Of a stretch of DNA of 64,000 bases, positions 19,659 to 30,288 are shown in pieces. Origin of the DNA: a virus (lineage: Duplodnaviria; Caudoviricetes); IMG/VR virus record IMGVR_UViG_3300032233_002382, positions 224,001 through 288,000 of that record, one strand, 5' to 3'. The translations under genes were made by a program, and so were the position numbers. Position 1 is the stretch's first letter; every line of letters starts with the position of its first letter. A model generated the notes under the pieces. That model was not told the origin of the DNA. It ran no database searches and saw only the letters and a list, made by a program, of their open reading frames with translations.

Positions 19659-20759
19659 TCAATCGTTCTCATCTTCCGGTATCTGTTCGAACTGAGACTC
19701 CTGAACTATCTGCTCAATATCATCCTGAGATACCTGCTCATATTCCGAGTCATCACGATCTTGCAGTTCTTCATCTTCAAATATAATCTCGATATCATCA
19801 TCATCTATTTCTTCGATAGGAATCTCTACGTACTCATCCATCTTTGCCCAGTTATCCTGGATAGCATCTTCGATGTTTTCATCAGGCAATTCTTCATACA
19901 GCTCGTTAAGATAACTTTCAAATCGCTTCAAAGCAGCATAAGTATGCTTACATAACCAGATCTTTTTATCAGGATCGCGGACGTTGGGTGTTTCAGCCGT
20001 TCCCATCGGGGCGCCAAGAAGATATTTATTACGCTTGGCGTGGTATTCGGGACCGTTATACTGCCAATATTTACAATCGCAGTTTAACACAATATTATTA
20101 TCGTCGATCATGCTCAAATTGACAGTATGAGCGTCTTTACCACCCGTGGCAGTGAATGAGAACACGTTAGTTTCAGGATCGTGGCTTAGCACCTTGATGC
20201 TGATGGACTTCGCGTTGTCTTTTGCAGGTTCGACCGCCTTAGTCAAAAGATATTCGGGAGTTAGAGCTACTCTTAGAATAAGTGGTCTATTTAAGCGAGT
20301 CGAAGAATGTCGTACGGGCGATTCTTCCGTGCGATACGGATAGCTCACATATTGAGTAATGTCAACATCCGACATGTAACTTGTGTCTGTTGGCACCTGA
20401 ATATTCTCGTCTTGGTAAAGATCTTGGTGACGAGTCTTAGAATCGGGAGTTACAACATCAAATATGGAGCCCGGCTCACTTGAAGGAATTGTAGGTTCGA
20501 CATCTTCATACTTGAATGTCTGATAACTGAATAAATCACCTTCAGGAGTTGCTCCAGACGGGGTCACCCCGTCAGCCACTTTTTTGGCGACAGATATATG
20601 ACTGCTTGCAACAGTGACTTCCGCCCTAATAGGAATGAGGAAGATCTGTTTTAAATGATCTGGTATTGCAGCCGCAAAACTCACGATATCAGGGAACACA
20701 TCCTGACATTTAAACGCATATTCAGCAGCTTCAGACAGAATGAATCCGGAAGATTCCAC
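19659..20759 (-). CDS. SWIM-type zinc finger protein with acidic tail
   Basis: CDC...LCKH motif; GTG start with GGAGG SD. Confidence 0.65.
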   Translation of the reverse strand: MESSGFILSEAAEYAFKCQDVFPDIVSFAAAIPDHLKQIFLIPIRAEVTVASSHISVAKKVADGVTPSGATPEGDLFSYQTFKYEDVEPTIPSSEPGSIFDVVTPDSKTRHQDLYQDENIQVPTDTSYMSDVDITQYVSYPYRTEESPVRHSSTRLNRPLILRVALTPEYLLTKAVEPAKDNAKSISIKVLSHDPETNVFSFTATGGKDAHTVNLSMIDDNNIVLNCDCKYWQYNGPEYHAKRNKYLLGAPMGTAETPNVRDPDKKIWLCKHTYAALKRFESYLNELYEELPDENIEDAIQDNWAKMDEYVEIPIEEIDDDDIEIIFEDEELQDRDDSEYEQVSQDDIEQIVQESQFEQIPEDEND

Positions 20760-20768
20760 GGTCGCCTC

Positions 20769-21137
20769 CTAAGCATCGCCCCGATCAAATACTATCGGGT
20801 TACCCGTGCGACGGGGCATCTTAAGTCGAACATCCTCAAGCACACGTTCTAACTCATCAACCTTGTCTGGGCGTAAACTCTGCCGAAGTTCTTCGTAGTC
20901 TATCTTATTCATAGCTAAGGCTGCAGCTTCTAGCGCCTTTTCAAGCTTCATCAAAGTGTTCGGAACAGCTTCTATCACATCACCAGCTACAGCATAAAAA
21001 TGATCTTTCTTCGGGGATTCGTTCACTAAATCTAGTACTCTGACTATATATCCTTTGAGTTCGTCGCATCGAAGACGAGCGTCCGATAACTCCTCCTGTA
21101 TATAAATAGTGGCGCCAGCAGTATGATTAGTAGCCAT
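20769..21137 (-). CDS. Helical hypothetical protein
   Basis: 122 aa, coiled-coil-like. Confidence 0.55.
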   Translation of the reverse strand: MATNHTAGATIYIQEELSDARLRCDELKGYIVRVLDLVNESPKKDHFYAVAGDVIEAVPNTLMKLEKALEAAALAMNKIDYEELRQSLRPDKVDELERVLEDVRLKMPRRTGNPIVFDRGDA

Positions 21138-21165
21138 ACTACTGGCGCCCCATTAAAAAACGATA

Positions 21166-22146
21166 TTAAGCGTCGAACTGTTCAGGGTATTCTTTGACTA
21201 AGAGCTTCCTCATCTGGTCACCTTCAGCAGCATAAAGCGCTTCAATAAATTCAGCCGAAGGGTTTACGGACTTAAGCGCTGCAAGTCTATCAGCCAATTT
21301 GCCTTCAAACACCCAATCCGAAGGAAAATCCGGGCAGATCGAACGAGCGATCCGGATTCTCGGAGATAATTTTTCGGTAGAAATCGCCTTAGCTGGCTTA
21401 GGATCACGAATGTTACTAGTGTCTCTGATCGATATGCCTTCAACATGATCGACACTAGAGTTTCTCACACGACCGACTACATTTGACTCATCTGAAGAGT
21501 CAGTTTCTATGCGATCAACTCTTCCGACGTTCGATTTAATCGTCACGCCTTCCTTTACGACAGTTTTTTCGATTAAATCGGCTCTGACATTCGATAAGTT
21601 TTCAAGCTCTTGGAGCTTGCGACCTGAATCACTTCGGGAAGCTTCGAAAGTAGCCTTAGCACTGGTCTTTATGCGAGCGATTGTGACCGCCCCCTGGTCA
21701 TCAGATGTGTCGCTCTTAACGTCTAACCGGCTCTTTCGATTATCTTGAGCCGTAATTATCTTAGGCCCCTGGGGCGAAGCGGAGGACCGATCCGCAACCT
21801 GTAGCACTTCATCTTCATCAAGAGAAGAAGTCTCGATGACAGCGGGAGAAGCACGCTGCACTTTGTTTAGATCGCGGTTGATTGTTTGAGCCTTAGCTAT
21901 GTTTCGCGTAGGTCTGACAGCCTCGACCGAAGGCATGTCGTCCATGGCCAAAGTAGCCCAGCCACTTAATACGGCCCCGCGCATCTGAGGCTGACTGAAC
22001 TCCATACCAGAGTATTTCAGGATCGAACCGTCATACTCGAATTCGTCGCCCTTCATAATGTCGACCGGACTAGCTCCACCGACTCGAATCTTCATCTGAG
22101 CGAAAAATTTAAGGAAGTTTCCGCGCTGCCACTTAATTTGCTCCAT
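21166..22146 (-). CDS. Hypothetical protein
   Basis: 326 aa; SD GGAGG lies inside a hairpin. Confidence 0.6.
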   Translation of the reverse strand: MEQIKWQRGNFLKFFAQMKIRVGGASPVDIMKGDEFEYDGSILKYSGMEFSQPQMRGAVLSGWATLAMDDMPSVEAVRPTRNIAKAQTINRDLNKVQRASPAVIETSSLDEDEVLQVADRSSASPQGPKIITAQDNRKSRLDVKSDTSDDQGAVTIARIKTSAKATFEASRSDSGRKLQELENLSNVRADLIEKTVVKEGVTIKSNVGRVDRIETDSSDESNVVGRVRNSSVDHVEGISIRDTSNIRDPKPAKAISTEKLSPRIRIARSICPDFPSDWVFEGKLADRLAALKSVNPSAEFIEALYAAEGDQMRKLLVKEYPEQFDA

Positions 22147-22150
22147 AATA

Positions 22151-22186
22151 TTGAGCCTCCTGCGATACTATACGCAGGAGGCTCAA
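22151..22186 (-). promoter_or_regulatory. 14-bp hairpin sequestering the SD of 22146
   Basis: TTGAGCCTCCTGCG-8nt-CGCAGGAGGCTCAA then TATT-ATG; minus-strand loop contains TATAGT. Confidence 0.6.
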
Positions 22187-22214
22187 AAATGTTTATAGAA
22201 AATTTAAGAGTAGG

Positions 22215-23051
22215 TTAGACTGGAGGCCTATGACCGGGTTTCATCGTTACCCGAGTGTTCGTTGGAGGTATCGTAATCAAACTTAATTGATGTAGAACGT
22301 AGTCAGTCAATTCCTTTACTGCATCTACATCCCAGACCTGGGTAGTCCGAACGGCAGGATCTTTAACATGGTCATTAACAGCCAGAACAATATCATCTTT
22401 GTAGATATCCATAATTCCATGCTTCTGTAGCCATTTTTCATACCGATCCATCCATTTATAAACATCAGGTCCGATCACTAAGGGCTCACTAACCTTTTTG
22501 CTTTCTGGAGGTACCTTTTTCTTTACTTCCTCAATAAAATCTACGATCGTGGGACAAGGGTCTGTTAGGAATTCAACACCATTTTCGACTACGTTCTCTT
22601 TTTCATCCAATTCAATAAATAAGTCGGAAACCCAACGATAAGTGTCGATACCGGCAATCGCACCGCCACCCAAAGCTTTGTTGTAGTATCTCACAAATAG
22701 TGCAGCATCAACAATCTGAGTGCCCGCTTTTGTTCTACTAGGTTTAGCGCCAGTCCAGTTTGTGGACGGCTCTTCAGATTTATATGATGGGTCACGAGAT
22801 ACCAGAAAATGAATAGTTCCTCTTCTATTAGTATTAACAAGCTCCGACGATTTCATGCCGAATGTGGATGAGTCCCCTTTAAACGCCTTCGTGCCTTCTG
22901 CCGTAACATCTTCCATACTTAAGAAAACACCAGAGCAAGCCTTCATCAGAGCATCAGCTACGCCACGGTTAATCTTGGTACCCAAAGTACGATCTGTAGC
23001 CGTGTTAAGGCTACCAGCAATTCGAGAGGCGATTCTTATAAATATATCCAT
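22215..23051 (-). CDS. Hypothetical protein with N-terminal RIASRIA tag
   Basis: MDIFIRIASRIAG; SD AGGAG. Confidence 0.6.
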   Translation of the reverse strand: MDIFIRIASRIAGSLNTATDRTLGTKINRGVADALMKACSGVFLSMEDVTAEGTKAFKGDSSTFGMKSSELVNTNRRGTIHFLVSRDPSYKSEEPSTNWTGAKPSRTKAGTQIVDAALFVRYYNKALGGGAIAGIDTYRWVSDLFIELDEKENVVENGVEFLTDPCPTIVDFIEEVKKKVPPESKKVSEPLVIGPDVYKWMDRYEKWLQKHGIMDIYKDDIVLAVNDHVKDPAVRTTQVWDVDAVKELTDYVLHQLSLITIPPTNTRVTMKPGHRPPV

Positions 23052-23093
23052 TTGGTTCTCCTGTATTGGAAAATAGTTAAAGAAAGCTTAACA

Positions 23094-25763
23094 TTAGAAG
23101 GCGTCCAATTCGACCACAAGGTCAGCGGATGAAAGACCGGAAGAGCCTACGACCTCAACCGAAAAGAATTCCCCTAGTTGGAGATCCTCTGATACGGTAT
23201 AGCAAGTAGCTAGTTTATCAGAATTAGATAGAGTAGCAGTCATGGCGGTAGGAAACCCAGAACCTGAAATGCCAGTAGAAGAACGTTTTAACGTCACAGT
23301 CGTCGTCTTTCCCGTTCCAGGCGGGACCCGAAGTGTGATCATCATCCCTTGTATGATCATCTTTTGCTGGGCCCTCATAAACACTTCGGTGTTGTCGAGA
23401 TTCGTCACAAGAGTACCGGGCCACATATAGTGAGCAGGAGAGGCATCTACATTTCCTTTAAGACCAAAAGTGAATAACATAGGGGTGACGTAAGTAGTGA
23501 AGGGCCGTTGACCGGCAGTCTTGTTTACAAGATCGCAACCGGGACCTAGCTGAATCCCGTAGGTGATGAATCCAGATCCGGGACTTGTCTGCAGAATATC
23601 CGATCCTGAGTAATTCAATAAAGTGAAAATCAATGAATCAGTACCAACTACACCATTAGTGAAGCAGGTCCAAACAGACCCAGAATAAGTTCCACCATAT
23701 ACTCGAGTGCTAGCATTTAATGAGGATGACCCGACAGGAAAATCATTAGCGCGAGTCCACGCGCCTCCACTATTAACTATCCAAATACCATTGTTCGTTC
23801 CAACTGTCTGGCCAGTGGCTAATACTTGCATGCCAGTTGTCAAAGCGACGCCCTGAAGTGTGTAGGCGCCTGTCAAAGCGATATTAGTGGTCGCAGCTAC
23901 CACAACAGGTAATTTAGTGGTAGAAGTAATAAAGGGTGCGCTCCCGATAGAACTTGTTCTGAATTGAGCGGAACCTAATGAATTCGATGATGAGACGCCT
24001 ACATAGCTTCCGGTCGAATTGATATCTGTAGGCTCTCTTACGTAGATATTGGTATCCCGGAAAGTGATTTCGGTCGCAGTTGTTATATCAACCCCGCGTT
24101 TATTACCGCCCCCATTCGAATAAATATTTACGGTTACGCCACGTGTGAAATTAAAACTAAATGCTGAGTTACCAAGCAAAGTAGACCCGTTCGCCAGTAT
24201 TCCTGTAACGTTTGTAGAAGCCGCTGCAGATAGTCCGGAGTTGTCGACAGTGATAACGGCGGTGCGTAGCTTACTGGTGCCCGATGTATTGCCGGGCAGT
24301 GCGATACCAACCAAGTTAGTCGTTGAATTACTAGAATTAAGCTGAAGATTCAGGTCTTCAACACGACTGTTTTCACCCATAGTGAGCATCGTGACAACGC
24401 CACCGGGGTTAGAAGCATTCATCAGGATCTTAGTAGTTTGAACGTTTTGACCACGCATCGCACAACCAGTTGGCATCGTCAAACCGGTTGTTGAACTTGA
24501 AAGCGTATAAGTTCCAGGCATGATCCAAAGCGTAGCGGGAGACCCGAAAGAAGCGACCGCAGATAAACCAGCTTCGACTGTCTTAAATGATCGACCGTTT
24601 ACAGAGCCCGTGGCATCATTACCGTTAACGATATCAACTACTGCAACATTACCTAACCCGCCTAAACCCGGAAGCCCAGAAGGTCCGATCGCTCCAGTAG
24701 GTCCGATCGGACCCGTTATGCCCTGAATTCCTTGAATTCCCTGGCTCCCGGTTGCGCCGGTCGGCCCTTGAATGCCTTGTATTCCTGAGGGACCAATGGG
24801 GCCTGTGGGGCCTTGTAGACCAATAGGCCCTGTAGAACCAACCGATCCAGTTGCGCCAACAGGACCGGTCGGGCCCGTTAAGCCAATCGGTCCGGTCGAA
24901 CCTGTGGGACCAACAGATCCATTAGGACCAGTCGGACCTACTATTCCGCCGTGAGTAAGAGCATGGATTACTCCATACTGATCTTTCCAGTATAATTCAT
25001 CATCGGATACCTCAGTATATATAGAGCCTCTTGGGACGTCGATGCCTGGGGTGGGAGTAAGAACTACAGCAGTAGGATCCGATATTAACGAAACTGTGTT
25101 TCCACCAAAGTATGCAACCGTATCTGGATCTAAACCTCCGGCACTACCGGAACCAGAAAGTAGCACTCGAGTTTTGCCGAATGGTAGTTTTAAAACTACT
25201 CCAGAAAGTGACGCAGCAGCGATATTAACGCCAACGCTACTAACATCGATTCGATATGTTGCTATATTATAGCCCGATAAATCGGTGCTTTTGTGTACAG
25301 CTAGTATAGGATAATTACCATTTAAACCGGCAAAAGCACCAGATAATCCTGACACCTCGACAGTTTCATATCTAATGAAGCCAAAGGATTCTGCAAAATC
25401 GAGGACGAAAGACAGTGTATCATTCTGACGTTGTACGTTGTTAACTAGAGCTGTTAGGGGAGCTCCGGTCTTAGTAGTACCGCCTTCGTCTTTGTGATCC
25501 TTAAGCAAAAATACGAAATCCGCCGTAATTAAACCAGCTTGGACGAATTTAAATATGCTTCCCTCCTGGAGGGAAAGCATGGAACGGGATGACATAGGGA
25601 CGTCGACATAGCCGCCGACCGGTACGTAAACCGGAACTTTTCGGTGTTGGTACTCCAAACCAGTATCAAGATCATTTATTTGTACTGATGTTATATTAGG
25701 CGACCCGTCCGCCATGAGACCAGTATGAGTAAGACGCACATAAAAAACAGTCAGATTATTCAT
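23094..25763 (-). CDS. Collagen-like fibre protein
   Basis: About 32 consecutive Gly-X-Y triplets (GPT/GIQ-rich), then beta-helix-like and C-terminal domains; N-terminal anchor-like domain. Confidence 0.75.
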   Translation of the reverse strand: MNNLTVFYVRLTHTGLMADGSPNITSVQINDLDTGLEYQHRKVPVYVPVGGYVDVPMSSRSMLSLQEGSIFKFVQAGLITADFVFLLKDHKDEGGTTKTGAPLTALVNNVQRQNDTLSFVLDFAESFGFIRYETVEVSGLSGAFAGLNGNYPILAVHKSTDLSGYNIATYRIDVSSVGVNIAAASLSGVVLKLPFGKTRVLLSGSGSAGGLDPDTVAYFGGNTVSLISDPTAVVLTPTPGIDVPRGSIYTEVSDDELYWKDQYGVIHALTHGGIVGPTGPNGSVGPTGSTGPIGLTGPTGPVGATGSVGSTGPIGLQGPTGPIGPSGIQGIQGPTGATGSQGIQGIQGITGPIGPTGAIGPSGLPGLGGLGNVAVVDIVNGNDATGSVNGRSFKTVEAGLSAVASFGSPATLWIMPGTYTLSSSTTGLTMPTGCAMRGQNVQTTKILMNASNPGGVVTMLTMGENSRVEDLNLQLNSSNSTTNLVGIALPGNTSGTSKLRTAVITVDNSGLSAAASTNVTGILANGSTLLGNSAFSFNFTRGVTVNIYSNGGGNKRGVDITTATEITFRDTNIYVREPTDINSTGSYVGVSSSNSLGSAQFRTSSIGSAPFITSTTKLPVVVAATTNIALTGAYTLQGVALTTGMQVLATGQTVGTNNGIWIVNSGGAWTRANDFPVGSSSLNASTRVYGGTYSGSVWTCFTNGVVGTDSLIFTLLNYSGSDILQTSPGSGFITYGIQLGPGCDLVNKTAGQRPFTTYVTPMLFTFGLKGNVDASPAHYMWPGTLVTNLDNTEVFMRAQQKMIIQGMMITLRVPPGTGKTTTVTLKRSSTGISGSGFPTAMTATLSNSDKLATCYTVSEDLQLGEFFSVEVVGSSGLSSADLVVELDAF

Positions 25764-25784
25764 GTGGAGGCCTCAAGATAGGTG

Positions 25785-25790
25785 TAATTT
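25785..25790 (+). promoter_or_regulatory. Putative -10 box (TAATTT), leaderless
   Basis: gtgTAATTT-N5-ATG(25796). Confidence 0.5.
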
Positions 25791-25795
25791 GACAT

Positions 25796-27496
25796 ATGCA
25801 TGGTAGATCTATACCTCAATATTTCATTAGAAATCCACCTGAAGAACCAAGATATCAAGAAAGACTCAAGTTAGAGCTAAGTTGGTTTGAAAATACGGTA
25901 GCTGAAGACTACATACTGACCGTAGCTGAAATATGCCGCAACATTAGAGACATACCCCATACGATCAGGGGATCCGCTGGATCGAGCCTTGTCATATACC
26001 TTCTTGGCATCTCTGACATCGACCCAGTTAAATGGAATATAGCTCCAGAGCGATTCTTTCATCCGAAACGCAAGGATCTCCCCGATATCGACTTGGACTT
26101 TCCAGATATAAGAAGAGAAGAAGTATTTGACAGAATTCACCAGTTGTTCCCAAATCGAACAGCACGAATATCGAATCATATAACATACAAAGACAAGAGT
26201 GCGATTCGCGAGGCGATTCGTAGGTTAGGAGTTCGAAAAAAGCTGCCTCGAGGCTTTAAAATACATGAAGTGGTACCGGGTCGAGAGACCGATGCAATAG
26301 AAATAGCGGCAGATCTAAAGGGGCAAGTAAGAGATCTATCTCTACACTGCGGTGGAGTCATCGTGTTCGACAGAGAAGTTCCGCCAGACATTCGGATGAA
26401 AGAGAAAAAAGGCCAAATTAGAATCGATAAGTTCGAAACCGATATCATGAACTATTTTAAAATCGACATTTTGTCTAATATATCGCTAACTCAGCTCAAT
26501 GATTGTGATTCAAGACCAATACTAGAATATCCTCCTGAAGACGCAAAAATCACTGAAATGCTTAGCCAGGGAAAATCTTTAGGTATTACGCAAGCAGAAT
26601 CACCAGCATTTCAGAAAATGCTAAGAGCAGTCAAACCTAAAAGCGTAAACGATATGATAATGTGCATGGCGCTTATTAGACCGGCGTCAGCCTGGAGAGG
26701 TCATAGAGTTAACTTCATGGAGGAATGGAATAAAGAACGAGATACTGAATTCCTTATATTCGAGGATGACGCCACGAAAGTAATTCAAGAGATATCAGGT
26801 CTTTCGGGTCCCGAAGCTGACGCTCTTAGAAGAGCATTTGTTAAAAGAGACCACGAAGCCACTGAAGATTTCAGAAATCTGATATCACACCGAGATGATG
26901 CTCAGACGATCATAGATGATCTTGAAGCATTCAGGTCGTTCAGCATGTGCAAGTCCCACTCAGTTGCATATGGTCACGTGGCCTGGGCATTAGCGTGGCA
27001 AAAAGCACACAACACGAAAGCCTTCTGGAAGTCGGTGCTTAACCGAACTCAACCAATGTGGAGACCGTGGGTCCATGTCGAAGAAGCCAAGCTTGCTGGA
27101 TGGAAAGTGATCCCAGGAAAGAGACCATTTGCAGTGAAAGACGATACGCTTATCGGGCAAGAGTACGTACCGCAGTTATTTAAATCGGACCCATGGTGGG
27201 AGCTTAAAAAGTATAAAATGTGGTCAGGAAATGAGTTCCCTAAAGAGTGTTACCGAAGCGATGACGGAGAAAGAATTGAATTCTACGGAATAATCGGAAC
27301 GCACCGGATACTTAAGAGAAAAGATGGACAAGCAGTCACGTTTGCTACAATAGGAACATCGCCAGGATCATATGTAGACTTGATACTAGAGGGAGCTATA
27401 GACCTAAAGAGGTATCAAGCAATTCAAGGCAACGGTGAATTAGGGATTAAATTCGGCTCCGAATTTACGAAAGTCAAACAGTACTCTATACTTTAA
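25796..27496 (+). CDS. dnaE: Family C DNA polymerase (Pol III alpha-like), compact, lacking PHP domain
   Basis: RGSAGSSL...DIDP...ERF...PDIDLDF, HCGG, KIDIL and KSH motifs; only 566 aa. Confidence 0.85.
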   Translation: MHGRSIPQYFIRNPPEEPRYQERLKLELSWFENTVAEDYILTVAEICRNIRDIPHTIRGSAGSSLVIYLLGISDIDPVKWNIAPERFFHPKRKDLPDIDLDFPDIRREEVFDRIHQLFPNRTARISNHITYKDKSAIREAIRRLGVRKKLPRGFKIHEVVPGRETDAIEIAADLKGQVRDLSLHCGGVIVFDREVPPDIRMKEKKGQIRIDKFETDIMNYFKIDILSNISLTQLNDCDSRPILEYPPEDAKITEMLSQGKSLGITQAESPAFQKMLRAVKPKSVNDMIMCMALIRPASAWRGHRVNFMEEWNKERDTEFLIFEDDATKVIQEISGLSGPEADALRRAFVKRDHEATEDFRNLISHRDDAQTIIDDLEAFRSFSMCKSHSVAYGHVAWALAWQKAHNTKAFWKSVLNRTQPMWRPWVHVEEAKLAGWKVIPGKRPFAVKDDTLIGQEYVPQLFKSDPWWELKKYKMWSGNEFPKECYRSDDGERIEFYGIIGTHRILKRKDGQAVTFATIGTSPGSYVDLILEGAIDLKRYQAIQGNGELGIKFGSEFTKVKQYSIL

Positions 27497-27543
27497 ATAT
27501 GAATCAACCCACCAAGATGAACATTGGTGGGTTGATTCATATT
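27496..27543. terminator. Perfect 20-bp hairpin between convergent genes (bidirectional terminator candidate)
   Basis: AATATGAATCAACCCACCAA-8nt-TTGGTGGGTTGATTCATATT. Confidence 0.75.
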
Positions 27544-27547
27544 GGAA

Positions 27548-27775
27548 TTACTTAGAGCTCGGACCTGATCCTTTGACCGGAGGCTTAACGGGTTTTTCCT
27601 CCCTGACGACCTTTAAAACATAACAGCCAACGCCAGCTGGTGTTGCTGCTAGCGCAGCCGCTTCTGAATCCCAGGAAGCTGTTTTCTCATGCCCTATCGA
27701 ACTAACCCAAGCGTTTTCGGTCGATAGGAAATGATGAGTTAGATCATTCTTTAGATAGAATTTAGAGGTCGCCAT
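27548..27775 (-). CDS. Small hypothetical protein
   Basis: 75 aa; SD AGGAG. Confidence 0.55.
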   Translation of the reverse strand: MATSKFYLKNDLTHHFLSTENAWVSSIGHEKTASWDSEAAALAATPAGVGCYVLKVVREEKPVKPPVKGSGPSSK

Positions 27776-27784
27776 TAATTACTC

Positions 27785-29797
27785 CTACATAGCGCTGACG
27801 CCGGTATGCTTATACCAGTCGCCAGCGCCAGTGCTTGAAGTGGTAAAGATGCTAGTCGCTAAATCAGCGGCCAAGCTAGCAGTTATGTCGCCTGCATCCC
27901 AAGTATTTAAAGTCGCCTTCGCTGGCATGCTGGTCGCTTGGAAAACGACCGGGATACCGGGACCGCGAGGCCGAATCTTCGAATCCGGGCGATCAACAAC
28001 GTTTACTATCTTAAACTGGCACGTGCCAGATAGGTAAACATTCGAGTCGAAAGCCGGTACCGCGCCAGCGCCTGCACCGTCTAAGCAATTTAAATCTTCT
28101 ACAAACATCCCGCCGTCCGCTCCCACAAATGTTGAAGCAGCCCCATTTATGGCGGCAGCCGCATCCAAAGACGCGTTTGAGTCACCACCAGACGCTTCAA
28201 GGTAGGCGCACGTTAACCGACCGGAAATGCTAATGTAACCGCCATCTCCGCCGTTATTCCCAGTCCCAGTACCTCCGTTAGCATATAGATTGTCGATGAT
28301 TGCATCTCCTGAAACGAAAAGCTGCCCACCACTACCACCAACACGATTGGCGAAATCGGTTATCACGGCACCGCCACGAATATTCATCGTATCACAGATT
28401 ACGTCACCGTCGACGTAAATATTGCCGCCATTGCTACTGGATCCGGCCAAATTGGCGACGGTCGTATTGCCGAGGCGGTCTCCACCATCGAGGTCAATAG
28501 TGTTATTAGCTACATTAAGGTTACGACAGTTTATTTGGCCTCCATAACCCGCGTTGTGTGTTTCATCAGCTGAATTGCAATATCCGCCGTTTCCGGCGAT
28601 ATAATCACTAGTAAAATTGCCCTCAACGCTCACATACCCACCATTACCCCCCGAACCATTATTGGCTGAACCACCAAAGAATTCAAAATTTTGATCGCAA
28701 ATTAAATTACCCCCAACCGAAATGTAAGCGCCATTGCCACCGTTTCCACCAGTTGCAGATTCACCATAGGCATAAAATTCATCGCAGGTTAAACTTCCGA
28801 GGACGTAAATACTACCACCTGACCCGCCGTTACCACCGTTGCCGGAGCCACCATAGATTTCGATTTCATCGCAGACAATATCACCATCGACGTCTATGAC
28901 AGCGCCATTGCCTCCATTACCTGCATTACCGCTACCGCCGCTACACCAAAAATCGTCAACATTTGCTGAACCATTTACATAAATGATGCCAGCATTGCCG
29001 CCGCTTAAATCTCCCCAACCACCCGCAAGACGAACATCGCCGCTTGATAAATAGCCATTTATGTCGATGAAACCACCCGAACCTCCATCAGACCCATTAC
29101 CGTAACCACCGTCTAAATCTAAAGTTCCAGTGCTAGTGAAATTCCCGTACACATACATTGACCCAGCACCAGCAGCATTAAATCCAACTTGTCCGTCTCC
29201 GCCTTGCAAACGAATACCACCGTTTATGGCCACATCACCATAAACATCAAAGGTGCCGCCAGTACCGGCTGCTAATACCCCATCAGAGTTAGCACCATCA
29301 AGGTATACATCACCAGTATACCAAGACCCGTAAACAATAATGTCAGCACCATTGGTTGCGGTATTGTCGACAGCCTCAGCTGTAAAGGGCGAACCGCCGC
29401 CGCCTAAGGTGCCATATACGCTTCCAGCCACTCTAAAAGTCGCTTGTGAACCACCACACTGAGGCCAGTAAAAATTCGTATAATAGAAAGATCCACCGAC
29501 TGTGATGTTGCCTTGAGGAACCGTAATGTCAGCGGGCGTCATATCCCAGTTATGGGCTATCACATCACCTTCGACCTCGACCGAATGGCCGTCGGGACCG
29601 ATCAAATCTCCGACTACATATAATGTACCTTTAACCAACACTGGACTAATAACGTTTACATTTCCTTCGCAGTAGACATTGCCGGAGTATGTACCGTCGA
29701 GATCTCCGCCATTCGGGATAACGGTGCCACCACCGCCACCACCGCCGGAATAAACGGTGGTGAATAATGTGCCGAATCCATCATTTGCAAGAGTCAT
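27785..29797 (-). CDS. Gly-rich beta-solenoid repeat protein (fibre/spike-like)
   Basis: ~29-aa repeats of type IxVxGxLxCDxxxxxGGxGxxGNGGxGG. Confidence 0.6.
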   Translation of the reverse strand: MTLANDGFGTLFTTVYSGGGGGGGTVIPNGGDLDGTYSGNVYCEGNVNVISPVLVKGTLYVVGDLIGPDGHSVEVEGDVIAHNWDMTPADITVPQGNITVGGSFYYTNFYWPQCGGSQATFRVAGSVYGTLGGGGSPFTAEAVDNTATNGADIIVYGSWYTGDVYLDGANSDGVLAAGTGGTFDVYGDVAINGGIRLQGGDGQVGFNAAGAGSMYVYGNFTSTGTLDLDGGYGNGSDGGSGGFIDINGYLSSGDVRLAGGWGDLSGGNAGIIYVNGSANVDDFWCSGGSGNAGNGGNGAVIDVDGDIVCDEIEIYGGSGNGGNGGSGGSIYVLGSLTCDEFYAYGESATGGNGGNGAYISVGGNLICDQNFEFFGGSANNGSGGNGGYVSVEGNFTSDYIAGNGGYCNSADETHNAGYGGQINCRNLNVANNTIDLDGGDRLGNTTVANLAGSSSNGGNIYVDGDVICDTMNIRGGAVITDFANRVGGSGGQLFVSGDAIIDNLYANGGTGTGNNGGDGGYISISGRLTCAYLEASGGDSNASLDAAAAINGAASTFVGADGGMFVEDLNCLDGAGAGAVPAFDSNVYLSGTCQFKIVNVVDRPDSKIRPRGPGIPVVFQATSMPAKATLNTWDAGDITASLAADLATSIFTTSSTGAGDWYKHTGVSAM

Positions 29798-29801
29798 GGA
29801 T

Positions 29802-30215
29802 TTATCCTAGTCTAATGAGGAAGGTTAAGGCGCCACCTGTGGTATTGGTGATGGTAGTAGTAGTAAACGCCGCGTTATGAACGGCGTTGAAGGTACCGGT
29901 AGCATCGACCCAAGTCGGACCTACCGCTTTAACGACGGAAACGTCGGGCGGCAAACCGAAATTGTGGTTTAAAACCACATTCGCTCCGCCAGCTAGGGTG
30001 ACGTTATCTTCTAAGGTAATGATGCCATTATCGCGCCACTTACGTAAGTCGCCCTTGAATGCGGAACGAATTACTTCGGTGGTATTCGGTAAATAGACCG
30101 ACTGACCAGGATTAAGATAACGGTCCTCACCCTGACGACCTTCGGTCTGGGCCTGAGCTATGAACCGAAGATCGTGAAGATATATACGGATTGTAGAAAC
30201 GTTTGTGATTTTCAT
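29802..30215 (-). CDS. Small virion-like protein with shared anchor-like domain
   Basis: MKITNVSTIRIYLHDL...GQSVYLP..EV..S...G pattern. Confidence 0.5.
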   Translation of the reverse strand: MKITNVSTIRIYLHDLRFIAQAQTEGRQGEDRYLNPGQSVYLPNTTEVIRSAFKGDLRKWRDNGIITLEDNVTLAGGANVVLNHNFGLPPDVSVVKAVGPTWVDATGTFNAVHNAAFTTTTITNTTGGALTFLIRLG

Positions 30216-30288
30216 AATTAAAGTCTCTTATTTAAAGGATAAAATCCGGAAATTCCTCTTATATTAAGTTCAGAATCATGAGGCAAGC

